DNA of 64,000 nt from Candidatus Curtissbacteria bacterium RIFOXYA1_FULL_41_14 (GTDB lineage: Bacteria; Patescibacteriota; Microgenomatia; Curtissbacterales; GWA2-41-24): NCBI GenBank assembly GCA_001775095.1, contig MFCA01000022.1:2162-66161 (forward strand), read 5' to 3'. Shown here one piece after another: positions 36,235 through 45,662 of the stretch; positions within the stretch are counted from its first letter, which is position 1, and every line of letters begins with the position of its first letter. The notes under the pieces are model-generated. The model did not search any database. It saw only the letters and a list, made by a program, of their open reading frames with translations, and was not told the DNA's origin. Both the position numbers and the translations under genes were made by a program.

Positions 36235-37134
36235 TCAATTTTGTATCGCTTCAATAAGTCGGTCAAGGCCGAAAGAAAAGCCGACAGCAGGAATTTGCCT
36301 TTTAGAAAACATGCCAATTAAGTTATCGTATCTGCCGCCTGAGCCAATGGATAAATTGCCATAAGACGGGATTTTTAGTTCAAAAATCGCTCCTGTGTAA
36401 TAATCAAGACCGCGGGCTAAAAGGGGGTCAAAAATATATTCCCGACTATCGATTCCCCCCTCATCAAGAATTTTAAAAAGTGATTTAAGATTATCAGTCA
36501 GCGGTTTATTTGCCATACTCTGGAGTATGGCAGTTGCTTTCGCTTTTGAAAGCCCCTTTTGCGTTAATTCGTTGACAACTCCTTCTTCGCCGATCTTTTC
36601 CAGTTTATCAAGAGCGATGACGACTTCCTTGTCAACTCCTTCAAAATTTTTGCGGTCGTTAATTTTAATTTGCGAGCTTTTAAGGCCAACTGCTTTGACA
36701 GCTTTAAGTGCGGCGGCGATAATTTTTGCGTCTTCTTCTAAACTGTCTGATCCGACAGTGTCAAAGTCCAGTTGAGTGAATTCGCGATAGCGGCCTTTTT
36801 GGGGATTTTCGCCGCGGAAAACCTGGCCGATTTGATACCGGCGAAAGGGCAGTGGGGGATTATTAGTTGCGACATAACGGGCGACTGGAACGGTCAGATC
36901 GTAGCGCAGAGCCAAGTCTCTGCCGCCGCGATCTTTAAACTCATAGATTAGTCTTTCCTCCTCACCATATTTACCTTTTAGAGTCTCGGCAAATTCGATA
37001 GTTGGTGTTTCGATTGGTGCAAAACCGAACTCTTCCAGTACATCGACGATCTGATTAATAACAGCTCGTCTTTTTTTGGCTAGATCCGGTTTAATATCGC
37101 GGAAGCCTTTTGGTGTCGGCGGGGCTTTTTGCAT
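36235..37134 (-). CDS. hisS: Histidyl-tRNA-synthetase-like catalytic core (class II motifs 1-3) lacking a C-terminal anticodon-binding domain
   Basis: RYDLTVPVARYVA, FRRYQIGQVFRGENPQKGRYREFTQ (motif 2) and GGRYDNLIGMF...AVGFSFGLDRL (motif 3). The ORF ends 5 aa after motif 3. Confidence 0.6.
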   Translation of the reverse strand: MQKAPPTPKGFRDIKPDLAKKRRAVINQIVDVLEEFGFAPIETPTIEFAETLKGKYGEEERLIYEFKDRGGRDLALRYDLTVPVARYVATNNPPLPFRRYQIGQVFRGENPQKGRYREFTQLDFDTVGSDSLEEDAKIIAAALKAVKAVGLKSSQIKINDRKNFEGVDKEVVIALDKLEKIGEEGVVNELTQKGLSKAKATAILQSMANKPLTDNLKSLFKILDEGGIDSREYIFDPLLARGLDYYTGAIFELKIPSYGNLSIGSGGRYDNLIGMFSKRQIPAVGFSFGLDRLIEAIQN

Positions 37135-37192
37135 ATGAGTTTATAATCGCATAAACAACACCTTTCTTCAATCTTACAGTCAGAAAATTTTT

Positions 37193-38134
37193 TTAGGGGA
37201 GTAGGTAGATTAAGTCGATAAGTTGTTTGCCTTTTTCTTCATGGGATATGATGATGGTATTTTTGTCTTTGGTGATATCTGTGATTTTGGCTTCTTTGCC
37301 GTCAACTAATATCTGAGAGGTTTTACCTAAAGTAAATTCCTCAATTTCACCACTTTGCTGATTCTTTGCCGAAAACAGGTTCTGGCGGGGGGCGGTTAAA
37401 GTTTTGACAACAGTTAGTCGCCGCGAATTTTGCGGAACAGCTTCTCTAATAATCTCGATCTTTTTGGCCTCTAGCTGGTCTTCTTTTGAGAGATTTCCGA
37501 TGACAATCGCAAAATCACCGATTCTGATATTCCTGAGTGCAGAGCCGATTGACTCTTTTTCTTTATCATCTTCTTTGGGTAAGGTTATTGCAGTTGTTTT
37601 TGAAGCACGGATCTCTTTTTGACCATCGGTAGTTGTGAGGGTAATTAGCGTATCAAATATAGTTTTGACTGGCCCAGTGTAAACCGTGTCGCCGTCCTTA
37701 GTATCTTGAGCAATCAAAAGAGTTAGGGATTTTTTATTTTTTGTTTGAAAATCAGGTGTTACGGTCACCAGATCAACTAAATTCAGGCCGTCGGCTAAAT
37801 CAATTTCCTTCTCAGAATTTCCGCTTGTGTCTGTTTTAACTACGGCTTGAGAAGTATTGGAAAAGATCGCAAGGTAAGAATTTGGCGTTGAGGTACCTTC
37901 AAATTTAACTTTTTTGGAGGTTAAGACGGAGAAATCTTTAGGGGAGAGTTTGAGTTTCTGGGGATTTTTCCCCTCAGAGGCAACTGTTTGGCTATTTATT
38001 GCAGTCTGGACTTCTTGATTTTGAATTTTCGGTTGCCTTTGCCAGAGCCAATAGAGGGCGAAGATGAAAGAGGCTGCCAGAATTAAAATCACGAGGTATT
38101 TGGCGATATGGTTGATAATAGGAAACGAACTCAT
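37193..38134 (-). CDS. Hypothetical N-terminally anchored extracytoplasmic protein
   Basis: N-terminal TM, then a T/S/K-rich beta-rich region. Confidence 0.35.
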   Translation of the reverse strand: MSSFPIINHIAKYLVILILAASFIFALYWLWQRQPKIQNQEVQTAINSQTVASEGKNPQKLKLSPKDFSVLTSKKVKFEGTSTPNSYLAIFSNTSQAVVKTDTSGNSEKEIDLADGLNLVDLVTVTPDFQTKNKKSLTLLIAQDTKDGDTVYTGPVKTIFDTLITLTTTDGQKEIRASKTTAITLPKEDDKEKESIGSALRNIRIGDFAIVIGNLSKEDQLEAKKIEIIREAVPQNSRRLTVVKTLTAPRQNLFSAKNQQSGEIEEFTLGKTSQILVDGKEAKITDITKDKNTIIISHEEKGKQLIDLIYLLP

Positions 38135-38445
38135 AATTTCTAATTGCCTTAATTACTAAAAACCCTAAACTCTAAATTCTAAACTCCTGCCTGCCGGCAG
38201 GCAGGCTAAACAATTTCAAAATACAAAACTCAAATGATCAAAAAAGAGATAGTCTATTGAAATCCTTATTCTTCGAACAACGTGAGAAGTTTGAGTTCTC
38301 GCTGCGGAGAGTACCGTCCGGTACTCTCCTGCGCTCGAACAATATGTTTATCATCCTGTTTTGAATTTTAGATTTACCTCATTTGGATTTATTTAGGATT
38401 TAGAAATTAGAAATTAGAATTTTACTCTTTAGGTCTTTTAGCTTA
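38135..38445. repeat. AT-rich element copy 2, interrupted by a nested MITE-like copy D (38245-38350) and an extra CCTGCCTGCCGGCAGGCAGG palindrome. Lies between divergent gene starts.
   Basis: Both flanks align with copy 3. The MITE-like copy D (38245-38350) sits between them. Confidence 0.6.
38245..38350. mobile_element. MITE-like palindromic element copy D, nested inside the AT-rich element
   Basis: Reverse complement of copy C. Confidence 0.65.
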
Positions 38446-38533
38446 TCACAGGTTGGCTAAATCGGGCAATTTTTGTCACTTCTTTCGTTTTTAATTTTGT
38501 GCTATTATTTTTAACGCCCCGTTGGGATAGTTT

Positions 38534-39226
38534 ATGGTTGACATTTGGTTTTATGGCCAGTCATGTTTTAAGGTCAAAGGCAAAAGTGCCAGTATTGTAT
38601 TTGATCCTTACAACGAAGAATTTACGGGACTTCCCAAACTTAAACTTGAGGCCGATATTGTCTGTGTAACTCACGATCACAAAGATCACAATAATGTTGA
38701 AGCAGTGTCAGGCGCTTCGGAGAAAAATGAGCCCTCCGGGCCAGGAGCCCCTCCGGATCGGCGGCCATTTGTAATTTCCGGGCCGGGAGAATACGAAATT
38801 TCGGGGGTTAACATTGTTGGGATTGACAGTTTTCACGACGATAAAGACGGCAGCGAGCGGGGTAAAAATACCATATATCACATAGAGATTGATGAGGTGA
38901 ACATTGTTCATTTGGGGGATCTGGGCCAAAAGAAGCTAACTCAAGAACAGGCTGAAACTCTTTCTACCTGTGATATTCTCTTAATCCCTACGGGTGGCGT
39001 ATATACCATAGGTTACAAAGATGCTCCGGATATTATCGCCCAGGTTGAACCAAAAATTGTTATTCCGATGCACTACAAGTTGCCAGGATTAAAATTTGAT
39101 CTTGATCCGGTTGATAAATTTATGGCAGCAATGGGTAAGGAAAAGGCGCAGCCACAAAGTAAACTTTCGATTTCAAAAGAGAAATTGCCGCAGGAAGTGG
39201 AAATAGTGCTGCTTTCGACAGCATAA
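38534..39226 (+). CDS. MBL-fold metallo-hydrolase (UPF0173-like)
   Basis: VTHDHKDH, an HxHxDH variant, plus a downstream His/Asp pattern. Confidence 0.6.
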   Translation: MVDIWFYGQSCFKVKGKSASIVFDPYNEEFTGLPKLKLEADIVCVTHDHKDHNNVEAVSGASEKNEPSGPGAPPDRRPFVISGPGEYEISGVNIVGIDSFHDDKDGSERGKNTIYHIEIDEVNIVHLGDLGQKKLTQEQAETLSTCDILLIPTGGVYTIGYKDAPDIIAQVEPKIVIPMHYKLPGLKFDLDPVDKFMAAMGKEKAQPQSKLSISKEKLPQEVEIVLLSTA

Positions 39227-39234
39227 ATAATCAG

Positions 39235-40608
39235 ATGGCCAAAGTTCAAACTTCAAGACAAGTTACAACCGGAAGAATTCCACCCCAGGATTTAGAGGCT
39301 GAAAAATCAATAATCGGTGCGATTTTAATTGATAAAGACGCGATAGTTGCAGTTATCTCAGTCTTGAAATCTGAATACTTTTATAAGCAGGCTCATGGCG
39401 ATATTTTCCAAGCTATTTGTGATTTATATGAAAGGAGGGAGCCTGTCGATTTGGTGACCTTGACTGCCCAGCTTAAGAAAAGAGGCGTTTTTGATGAAGT
39501 CGGGGGAACAGCATATCTGGCCGAGCTTGGTAGCGCTGTTCCGACTGCTGCCAATATTGTCCAGTATGCACAATTTGTCAGAGAAGCGCACATAAAGAGA
39601 AGATTAATTGCGACCAGCGCTAAAGTTACCCAGTCGGCATTTGACGAGACGGCTGATATCAGAACAATTCTGGATGAAACTGAACAGGCGGTTTTTGCAC
39701 TTTCTCAAGAGCAGTTGAGGCAAAATTTTATGCCGATTAAAGATGCACTGGCAGAAAGCTTTGACAGACTTGATGAGTTGCACAAAAAAGCCGGCGGTCT
39801 TCGGGGAGTTTCGACCGGGTTTTGGGATTTGGATGCAAAGCTTGCCGGTATGCAGGATTCTAATCTTTTGATTTTGGCATCACGTCCAGGTCAGGGTAAA
39901 ACAAGTTTAGCCCTAAATATTGCCGCCCATGTGGCTGTTAATGATGGTTTGCCGGTCGGGATTTTTTCACTGGAGATGAGCAAGGAGGAGCTGGTTGACA
40001 GACTCTTAGTGTCACAATCTGAAATCGATGCCTGGAAATTAAAAACCGGCAAACTTGACGATGAAGATTTTGACAGGCTTCAGGAAGCAATGGGAGTTTT
40101 GGCTGATGCGCCGCTGTTTATAGACGATACTCCGGCAGCTAGCATATTAGAAATGCGTACCAAGGCCAGACGCTTGCAGGTTGAACACAATCTTTCGTTT
40201 TTAATTGTTGATTATTTACAGTTAGTTCAAGGACGCAGAATGGAAAATAGGGTTCAGGAGGTTTCGGAGATTTCCCAAAATCTTAAAAATTTGGCAAGGG
40301 AGTTAAAGATTCCGGTTCTGGCTTGTTCGCAACTTTCCAGAGCAGTTGAACAGCGGGGGACCAAAAAACCGCAGCTTGCGGATCTTAGAGAATCCGGGGC
40401 GATTGAGCAGGATGCTGACGTAGTCATGTTTATCTGGCGGCCTGACGCCGACAACATGGAGCAGGTTAAACTTGATATCCAAAAACACCGCAACGGTCCG
40501 ACCGGAGAGATTGATATGACTTTCAGAGCGGACCGTGTCAAGTTTTACGGAGTCGAAAAACAAAGAAGACAAGTGCCGCCGCCTCCTCAAGCAGTCGCCG
40601 AAGCCTAA
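39235..40608 (+). CDS. dnaB: Replicative DNA helicase DnaB
   Basis: N-terminal DnaB domain PPQDLEAEKSIIGAIL. Walker A SRPGQGKTSLALNIA. RecA-like core. Confidence 0.85.
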   Translation: MAKVQTSRQVTTGRIPPQDLEAEKSIIGAILIDKDAIVAVISVLKSEYFYKQAHGDIFQAICDLYERREPVDLVTLTAQLKKRGVFDEVGGTAYLAELGSAVPTAANIVQYAQFVREAHIKRRLIATSAKVTQSAFDETADIRTILDETEQAVFALSQEQLRQNFMPIKDALAESFDRLDELHKKAGGLRGVSTGFWDLDAKLAGMQDSNLLILASRPGQGKTSLALNIAAHVAVNDGLPVGIFSLEMSKEELVDRLLVSQSEIDAWKLKTGKLDDEDFDRLQEAMGVLADAPLFIDDTPAASILEMRTKARRLQVEHNLSFLIVDYLQLVQGRRMENRVQEVSEISQNLKNLARELKIPVLACSQLSRAVEQRGTKKPQLADLRESGAIEQDADVVMFIWRPDADNMEQVKLDIQKHRNGPTGEIDMTFRADRVKFYGVEKQRRQVPPPPQAVAEA

Positions 40609-41237
40609 ATCAAACCTCTTCTAGAAATTTCTTTAAGTACAAATCTGGGGAGATAACCTTTGTACTTTTGTGCAAGACGCAAATCTTTTTTAAAAATATC
40701 CAAATTTGATATTTTACCCCGGCAAGATTTTGTTTTGCACAAACAATCGATCGTCCAGTTATAGTCCGATCCGTTGATTTCGCACATGCTATAGTCCCAG
40801 GTTAGTTCTTCTCCCTTTTTAATGTCACACATCGTAACGAACATACCAGCTGCTTTGAATCCCAAGTTTGGTTCACAGGAATGATTAATAAATCTTGTCT
40901 CGTTTGAAGGCAAAATCCATTTTTTGGTTCCAACTTGGATTAATACATCAATACCATAGGAGGAATAAAGGATATCTGCAACCTGCTCTCCGACTACTGG
41001 TCCGATTACTTTGATAATTTCCTCATTTTTGTAAATATTTCTTGCTGCAAACAAGCCGGTTCCGTGTGTGCATCCAGCCTTATGAACATAATAAAGGCTA
41101 AGAACAGGCGAATGGGCAATGTCTTTGTTAACTTCAACACCGATAGAATTTAAATTGAGAGTATATGGCGCAATGTTCATGAATAAAATTATAGCAAAAA
41201 GGAGAGATCGTTTCAAACTATGGGGTCGTTGTGCCAA
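40605..41237 (-). CDS. SET-domain protein-lysine methyltransferase-like protein
   Basis: RFINHSCEPN and ELTWDY SET signatures. Post-SET Cys cluster CLCKTKSC. Confidence 0.7.
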   Translation of the reverse strand: MAQRPHSLKRSLLFAIILFMNIAPYTLNLNSIGVEVNKDIAHSPVLSLYYVHKAGCTHGTGLFAARNIYKNEEIIKVIGPVVGEQVADILYSSYGIDVLIQVGTKKWILPSNETRFINHSCEPNLGFKAAGMFVTMCDIKKGEELTWDYSMCEINGSDYNWTIDCLCKTKSCRGKISNLDIFKKDLRLAQKYKGYLPRFVLKEISRRGLI

Positions 41238-41368
41238 GAGATAGTCGAACTCCTACGGTAGACAGGTTCACGGTAAGTGCCGGTGGTTCTCTCACTTCGT
41301 TCAAGATAAGCAGAGCTTGCGGTTCTTACTGTCGCTGCGGGCCTAAAACTTCATCGAACCGAGATATG

Positions 41369-41453
41369 TGGCCAGGGAGAGATTCGAACTCTCACGGCAG
41401 TTTCCTGCCACAAGTTTTTGAGACTTGCATGTCTACCATTCCATCACCTGGCC
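41369..41453 (-). tRNA. tRNA-Leu (anticodon CAA), class II with a long variable arm
   Basis: Folded by hand: 7-bp acceptor GGCCAGG/CCTGGCC, D-arm ATGG-AATGGTAGA-CAT, anticodon stem CAAGT/ACTTG with loop CTCAAAA, variable arm GGCAGGAAACTGCC, T-arm GAGAG-TTCGAAT-CTCTC. Confidence 0.75.
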
Positions 41454-41507
41454 ATATTTTAAAGCAAGTATGGAAATTTACGCTCAATTATTATATCATT
41501 TCCTCTA

Positions 41508-42482
41508 GTGACTATTGAAGAAATCTATCAACTGGCAATAAAGATGGGGACTGCTGCCGATCCGCGCGGCAAGCGCGGCGTGGAGAAGTATTTGGCGAGG
41601 CAGAAAAAGATTTATGATGAGTTGCCCCAGCGCAAGAAAGAAGAGTTCGATTTGGAAAGTCTCAAGAATCCCTATTCCGATACCAGAATTTTGTTCGGCG
41701 ACCCGTCAGTTAACGTTGATAAAATCATGGCCGGGATTGATTTTGACACCGGCGAGGTAGTCTTGGCAGACAGACTCAACGAAAAAGGCGAGGGGATAGA
41801 TCTTCTGATTGCCCACCATCCGGCAGGCGGTGCGCTGGCATCGCTTCATGAAGTGATGGATTTGCAGGTCGATCTGATGGCCTCTTACGGAGTACCGATT
41901 AACGTGGCCGAAGGAATGATGACTAATCGAATTTCAGAAGTTGCCCGCAAATTTGGTCCTATTAACCACTACCGCAGTGTTGATGCCGCGAGGATTTTGG
42001 GTATTCCTCTAATGTGTATTCATACCGCCTGGGATAATTTGGGGTGGCGCTTTATGGCCGATATTTTTGAAAAGGAGGAATTTGATACGGTGGGCGATGT
42101 GGTCAGCGAACTAAAAAAAATTCCGGAATATGCTCAAGCAGTAAAGTTTAAAGCTGGACCCAGTTTATTTACCGGGAGCGAGAAGAATAGAGCAGGTAAA
42201 GTTGTCGTTTCGGAATTTACCGGAGGGACTGAAGGGTCAAAAGAAATTTACGAAAAACTTGCGCATGCCGGGGTAGGGTCCATAATTAGCATGCACGCTT
42301 CCGAGGAAAATCGTGAAGAAGCAAAAAAGCACCACCTAAATTTAGTTATCGCCGGCCACATAGTTTCTGATTCCGTCGGTGCCAACATTTTCCTGGATGA
42401 ACTGGAAAAACGGGGAGTCCATATTATCCCGACTTCCGGCCTAATCCGCGTCAGTCGAACAAAATCCGGCAAAGGAAGGTAG
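41508..42482 (+). CDS. NIF3/YqfO-like dinuclear-metal-centre family protein (tentative)
   Basis: IDLLIAHHPAGG resembles the NIF3 HHP motif. Length is appropriate. Confidence 0.35.
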   Translation: MTIEEIYQLAIKMGTAADPRGKRGVEKYLARQKKIYDELPQRKKEEFDLESLKNPYSDTRILFGDPSVNVDKIMAGIDFDTGEVVLADRLNEKGEGIDLLIAHHPAGGALASLHEVMDLQVDLMASYGVPINVAEGMMTNRISEVARKFGPINHYRSVDAARILGIPLMCIHTAWDNLGWRFMADIFEKEEFDTVGDVVSELKKIPEYAQAVKFKAGPSLFTGSEKNRAGKVVVSEFTGGTEGSKEIYEKLAHAGVGSIISMHASEENREEAKKHHLNLVIAGHIVSDSVGANIFLDELEKRGVHIIPTSGLIRVSRTKSGKGR

Positions 42483-42688
42483 GTGGAAATTATGTACGAT
42501 GCTGAACGTCGATCAGATTTTCGTTTGGGAGTTGAACTAGCGCATTTGGGAGTGGGTCAAAGAAGTGAAATATGGCCAACAGACGTTGATCTAGTTGAAG
42601 TAGCCGCTCGCAGATACGAAAGTGCCGTGAGGAGGTCAAATATCAGAATTAAGAGAAGACATACTCCGATTCGACCACATCGCCGAAA

Positions 42689-43249
42689 ATGATACCCGTA
42701 ACAGATCTTAGAGCAGGAACTGTCTTTGAAGATAGGGGAGAATACTTCTTAGTCCTTTCATATGAGCACATTAAGATGGGGAGAGGTTCTGGGACGATTA
42801 AAGTCAGGGTAAAAAATCTGGGAACGGGTGCGACTATCCAAAAATCCTTCATCACTGGCGCAAGAGTTAACGACGTGAATCTGGAGCGCAAAAAGGCCCA
42901 GTTTTTATACCAGGACGGGCAAAATTTTCACTTAATGGATACAGCGTCTTACGAACAGTTTACTATTAACAGACGTTTGGTTGAAGATACAGCCAAGTTT
43001 CTCAAGGAGGGAATGGAAATAACTTTATTTGCGATTGATAATAAGCCTTTGTATATCGAAATTCCCAAGATTTGCGAGTATAAAATTGCTCAAACAGGCG
43101 GATCAGCCCGTGGTAATACGGTTGGCGCAAGTTACAAAGACGCAATTTTGGAAAACGGACTGACGGTGAAGGTACCTTTATTCATCAAAAACGGAGAGGT
43201 AATCAGAGTCGATACCAGAACAGGGGAGTATGTCGAGAGGGCAAAATAG
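42689..43249 (+). CDS. efp: Translation elongation factor P
   Basis: MIPVTDLRAGTVFEDRGEYFLVLSYEHIKMGRGSG...KVRVKNLGTGA is a canonical EF-P N-terminus (KOW plus OB folds). Confidence 0.85.
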   Translation: MIPVTDLRAGTVFEDRGEYFLVLSYEHIKMGRGSGTIKVRVKNLGTGATIQKSFITGARVNDVNLERKKAQFLYQDGQNFHLMDTASYEQFTINRRLVEDTAKFLKEGMEITLFAIDNKPLYIEIPKICEYKIAQTGGSARGNTVGASYKDAILENGLTVKVPLFIKNGEVIRVDTRTGEYVERAK

Positions 43250-43396
43250 TTATGTCATCGCGAGTCGTGTTCCTCGAATCTGAGTGATCTCGGAATCTAA
43301 GATCCGACCGGGTGATCTATTAAAGATTGCTTCTCCGGCTGTGCCGGATCGCAATGACATTGAGTGCCTGCAATGACAACATGAAATTTCCAGTCA

Positions 43397-43915
43397 TTAA
43401 GAGGCAAGAAGCAGCAAACTGGCTAAGGTATCTTTAATATCAGCAAAGTTAACCGATATCAAAAGAGCAATCCCCACCGCAATTATTTGAGTAACCAAAC
43501 CCCACGGAAGCTGCATTCTTGATTGGATTTTGTGACCTACCCAGTCCATCCAGGAGAAAGGCGGAATGTTGATCCCAAACATAAAAGCGGGAGCTTCGAG
43601 CCAGTCGGGTAGTTGAGCGGCAATGATCATGATAAAAAGATAGATTGGGTCGACAGCCCTCGAGAAGATTAAAAAAGAAAGACCAAAACCCAAGAGAACA
43701 TCAAAAACAGCTTCGATTCTGAGCCTAGTCATGGATTTATTCCGATGATTAGTGCCAAGGTCCCAGTGCGGAATAATATCGAATATGAAATGTGACAGGA
43801 TCGCAAGCGGTATACCCAGAAGGGGATTTGAAAATTTGGCTGCCAGGCTTGCGCCAATTAGTGCGTGTGCTGTTGCAGTCATATAAAAAAACCAGAAAAT
43901 TCTGGCTTGGCACAT
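43397..43915 (-). CDS. DUF457/YdjM-like membrane-bound metal-dependent hydrolase family protein
   Basis: Polytopic membrane protein. HALIGASLAA...SHFIFDIIPHWDLG resembles the YdjM family. Confidence 0.45.
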   Translation of the reverse strand: MCQARIFWFFYMTATAHALIGASLAAKFSNPLLGIPLAILSHFIFDIIPHWDLGTNHRNKSMTRLRIEAVFDVLLGFGLSFLIFSRAVDPIYLFIMIIAAQLPDWLEAPAFMFGINIPPFSWMDWVGHKIQSRMQLPWGLVTQIIAVGIALLISVNFADIKDTLASLLLLAS

Positions 43916-43987
43916 AATATCTTAGCATACTTTTTTAGGTGCAACAAGCTGATGTGAATAGGGTATAATTAACAAACTTCTTTTTAA

Positions 43988-44845
43988 ATGATTGATCCAT
44001 CAGTAGCCAAATTGATAGTTGTACCGATAGCTATACTTTTAGCTTCCTTTTTATTTTGGCGGGCGGGCAGGCGTGAACTTTTTGAATCTAGCCTGCTTTT
44101 CGATTTTTTGATCGTTTCTTTTATAGGCAGTTTAATTTTTGCCCGGGTATTTGATTTTTTGCTTTTCCCCGACATCTATCATTGGTCTCTCAAACGGCTT
44201 ATTTTTGTTAATTTATATGGCTCATTCAATTTGTGGGGAGCGCTACTTGGAGCAATTATTTTGGGGCAAATTTATGCAAAACTTGCCAAGGTCAATTTTT
44301 GGCAGATTTTTGACTTGGGAGTCGCGCCGATTGTATTTGCCGCCATCTTTATTTCCGCAAGTCAAGTAATCGACAATTTTTTATTAAAGAGGGAGATTGG
44401 TTTCTCTCTATATTATTTTATTTGCTACTTTTTAATTTTTTGGTTTTTAAAGCGTTTGGAGAGCAAAAAGCGACATCATGGATTTTTCTTTTGTTTTTTC
44501 CTGACTTTGGTTTCAATACTTAATTTTTTACCCTTGGTTCTTAAAGATTTGGGTCAGTCTTTCATTGTAGCCCCCTTTTTTATTTTTGGGGTCGTTGCCT
44601 GGTACCGTTTAGCCAAAAGAAAAGTGCGGGCAGATTTAAAGATGATCGTTGCAGTGTGTTTGCTTATTCTATTGAAGACACAAAGAATATTAACTTCAGT
44701 TAGAGAAGCAGATAGTTTTTCAAGATCCATTGTGCTTTCACCACTTGTCTTGGCAAAGTCGCTTGCAGTTGGTGTAAAATTGTTAGGGCGCGAAATTATT
44801 TTTTCTTTGTGGGGTTTAGTAGAGGTCTTCAGAGGAAGAAAATAG
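43988..44845 (+). CDS. lgt: Prolipoprotein diacylglyceryl transferase-like membrane protein (divergent)
   Basis: IFVNLYGSFNLWGALLGA resembles the Lgt W-GG-hGgllG motif. Seven TM. A DksA/TraR-family gene and then lspA follow directly downstream. Confidence 0.45.
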   Translation: MIDPSVAKLIVVPIAILLASFLFWRAGRRELFESSLLFDFLIVSFIGSLIFARVFDFLLFPDIYHWSLKRLIFVNLYGSFNLWGALLGAIILGQIYAKLAKVNFWQIFDLGVAPIVFAAIFISASQVIDNFLLKREIGFSLYYFICYFLIFWFLKRLESKKRHHGFFFCFFLTLVSILNFLPLVLKDLGQSFIVAPFFIFGVVAWYRLAKRKVRADLKMIVAVCLLILLKTQRILTSVREADSFSRSIVLSPLVLAKSLAVGVKLLGREIIFSLWGLVEVFRGRK

Positions 44846-44852
44846 ACTCAAA

Positions 44853-45206
44853 ATGATTGATTTTAACAAGATTAAAAACAAAGTAAAAAAACAGCAAGCT
44901 ATAATTCTTTCTAGAATAAGAAGGCTTCGCCATGACGATCCTTTTTCGACGGTAGATAGATCAATTATCGTTGAACCAGGAACTGATGCAGCGGCCCTTT
45001 TTGGCCACGAGCAAGTGGTAGTTTTGGAAAATCAGCTAAAGCGCGAACTCAAGGAGACAGAGGCAGCGCTTGCTAAAATCAAGAAGGGAACATATGGTAT
45101 TTGTGAGAGATGCGGCAAAAGAATTGATCCGAAGCGGCTAGAGGTCAAACCCCAGGCAGTGTATTGCTTGAAATGCAAGAATGAGCTTGAGGCAAAGAAA
45201 AATTAA
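44853..45206 (+). CDS. DksA/TraR-family C4 zinc-finger protein
   Basis: CERCGKRIDPKRLEVKPQAVYCLKCK at the C-terminus. Coiled-coil N-terminus. Confidence 0.6.
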   Translation: MIDFNKIKNKVKKQQAIILSRIRRLRHDDPFSTVDRSIIVEPGTDAAALFGHEQVVVLENQLKRELKETEAALAKIKKGTYGICERCGKRIDPKRLEVKPQAVYCLKCKNELEAKKN

Positions 45207-45603
45207 CAGGTTCAGTCTTTGGCTACCGGCAGTCCTGTTTGTAATAACTCTCGATCAAATCCTCAAAAATATCGCCCCAAAATTCTTGTCTGTTTATTGC
45301 AACGAGGGTATTGCCTTTGGATTTGCGAAAACTCCTTATAGTCAAATAATAGTTTTGGCGGTTTTGTTAATACTTGTATTTTATGCTTCGGGGAGTCGAG
45401 AAGTTTCCACTAAGTACGGTTTTGCGTTGATCTTAGGCGGGGGAATTTCCAACTTTATTGACAGACTGACAGCAGGTTGCGTCAGAGACTTTATTGATTT
45501 GGGATTCTTTCCAAGTTTTAATCTGGCAGACGCAGCGATAAGTGCGGGGGTCGGAATTTTAATAGCTTTTGTCATTCTGAGACCGAAGGGCGAAGAATCT
45601 TAA
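45181..45603 (+). CDS. lspA: Lipoprotein signal peptidase II
   Basis: NEGIAFGF and FNLADAAISAGVGILI signatures. Confidence 0.75.
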   Translation: MSLRQRKINRFSLWLPAVLFVITLDQILKNIAPKFLSVYCNEGIAFGFAKTPYSQIIVLAVLLILVFYASGSREVSTKYGFALILGGGISNFIDRLTAGCVRDFIDLGFFPSFNLADAAISAGVGILIAFVILRPKGEES

Positions 45604-45610
45604 TGTAGAC

Positions 45611-45646
45611 AGATCCTTCGTCGAGTTGGACTCGACTCAGGATGAC
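45611..45646. repeat. Mini hairpin repeat, second copy (AGATCCTTCGTCGAGTTGGACTCGACTCAGGATGAC). Its ATG is the first in-frame start of the downstream ORF.
   Basis: Near-identical to 5716-5752. Confidence 0.55.
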
Positions 45647-45662
45647 TTTTCTGGAGGAATTA

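Noticed and set aside
41238-41368. Possible second tRNA or other small structured RNA between the SET gene start and tRNA-Leu (contains a GTTCGA T-loop-like hexamer)
   Set aside because: I could not fold either strand into a cloverleaf with paired acceptor and T stems, even allowing an intron or a long variable arm. It is left as an unexplained spacer rather than called.
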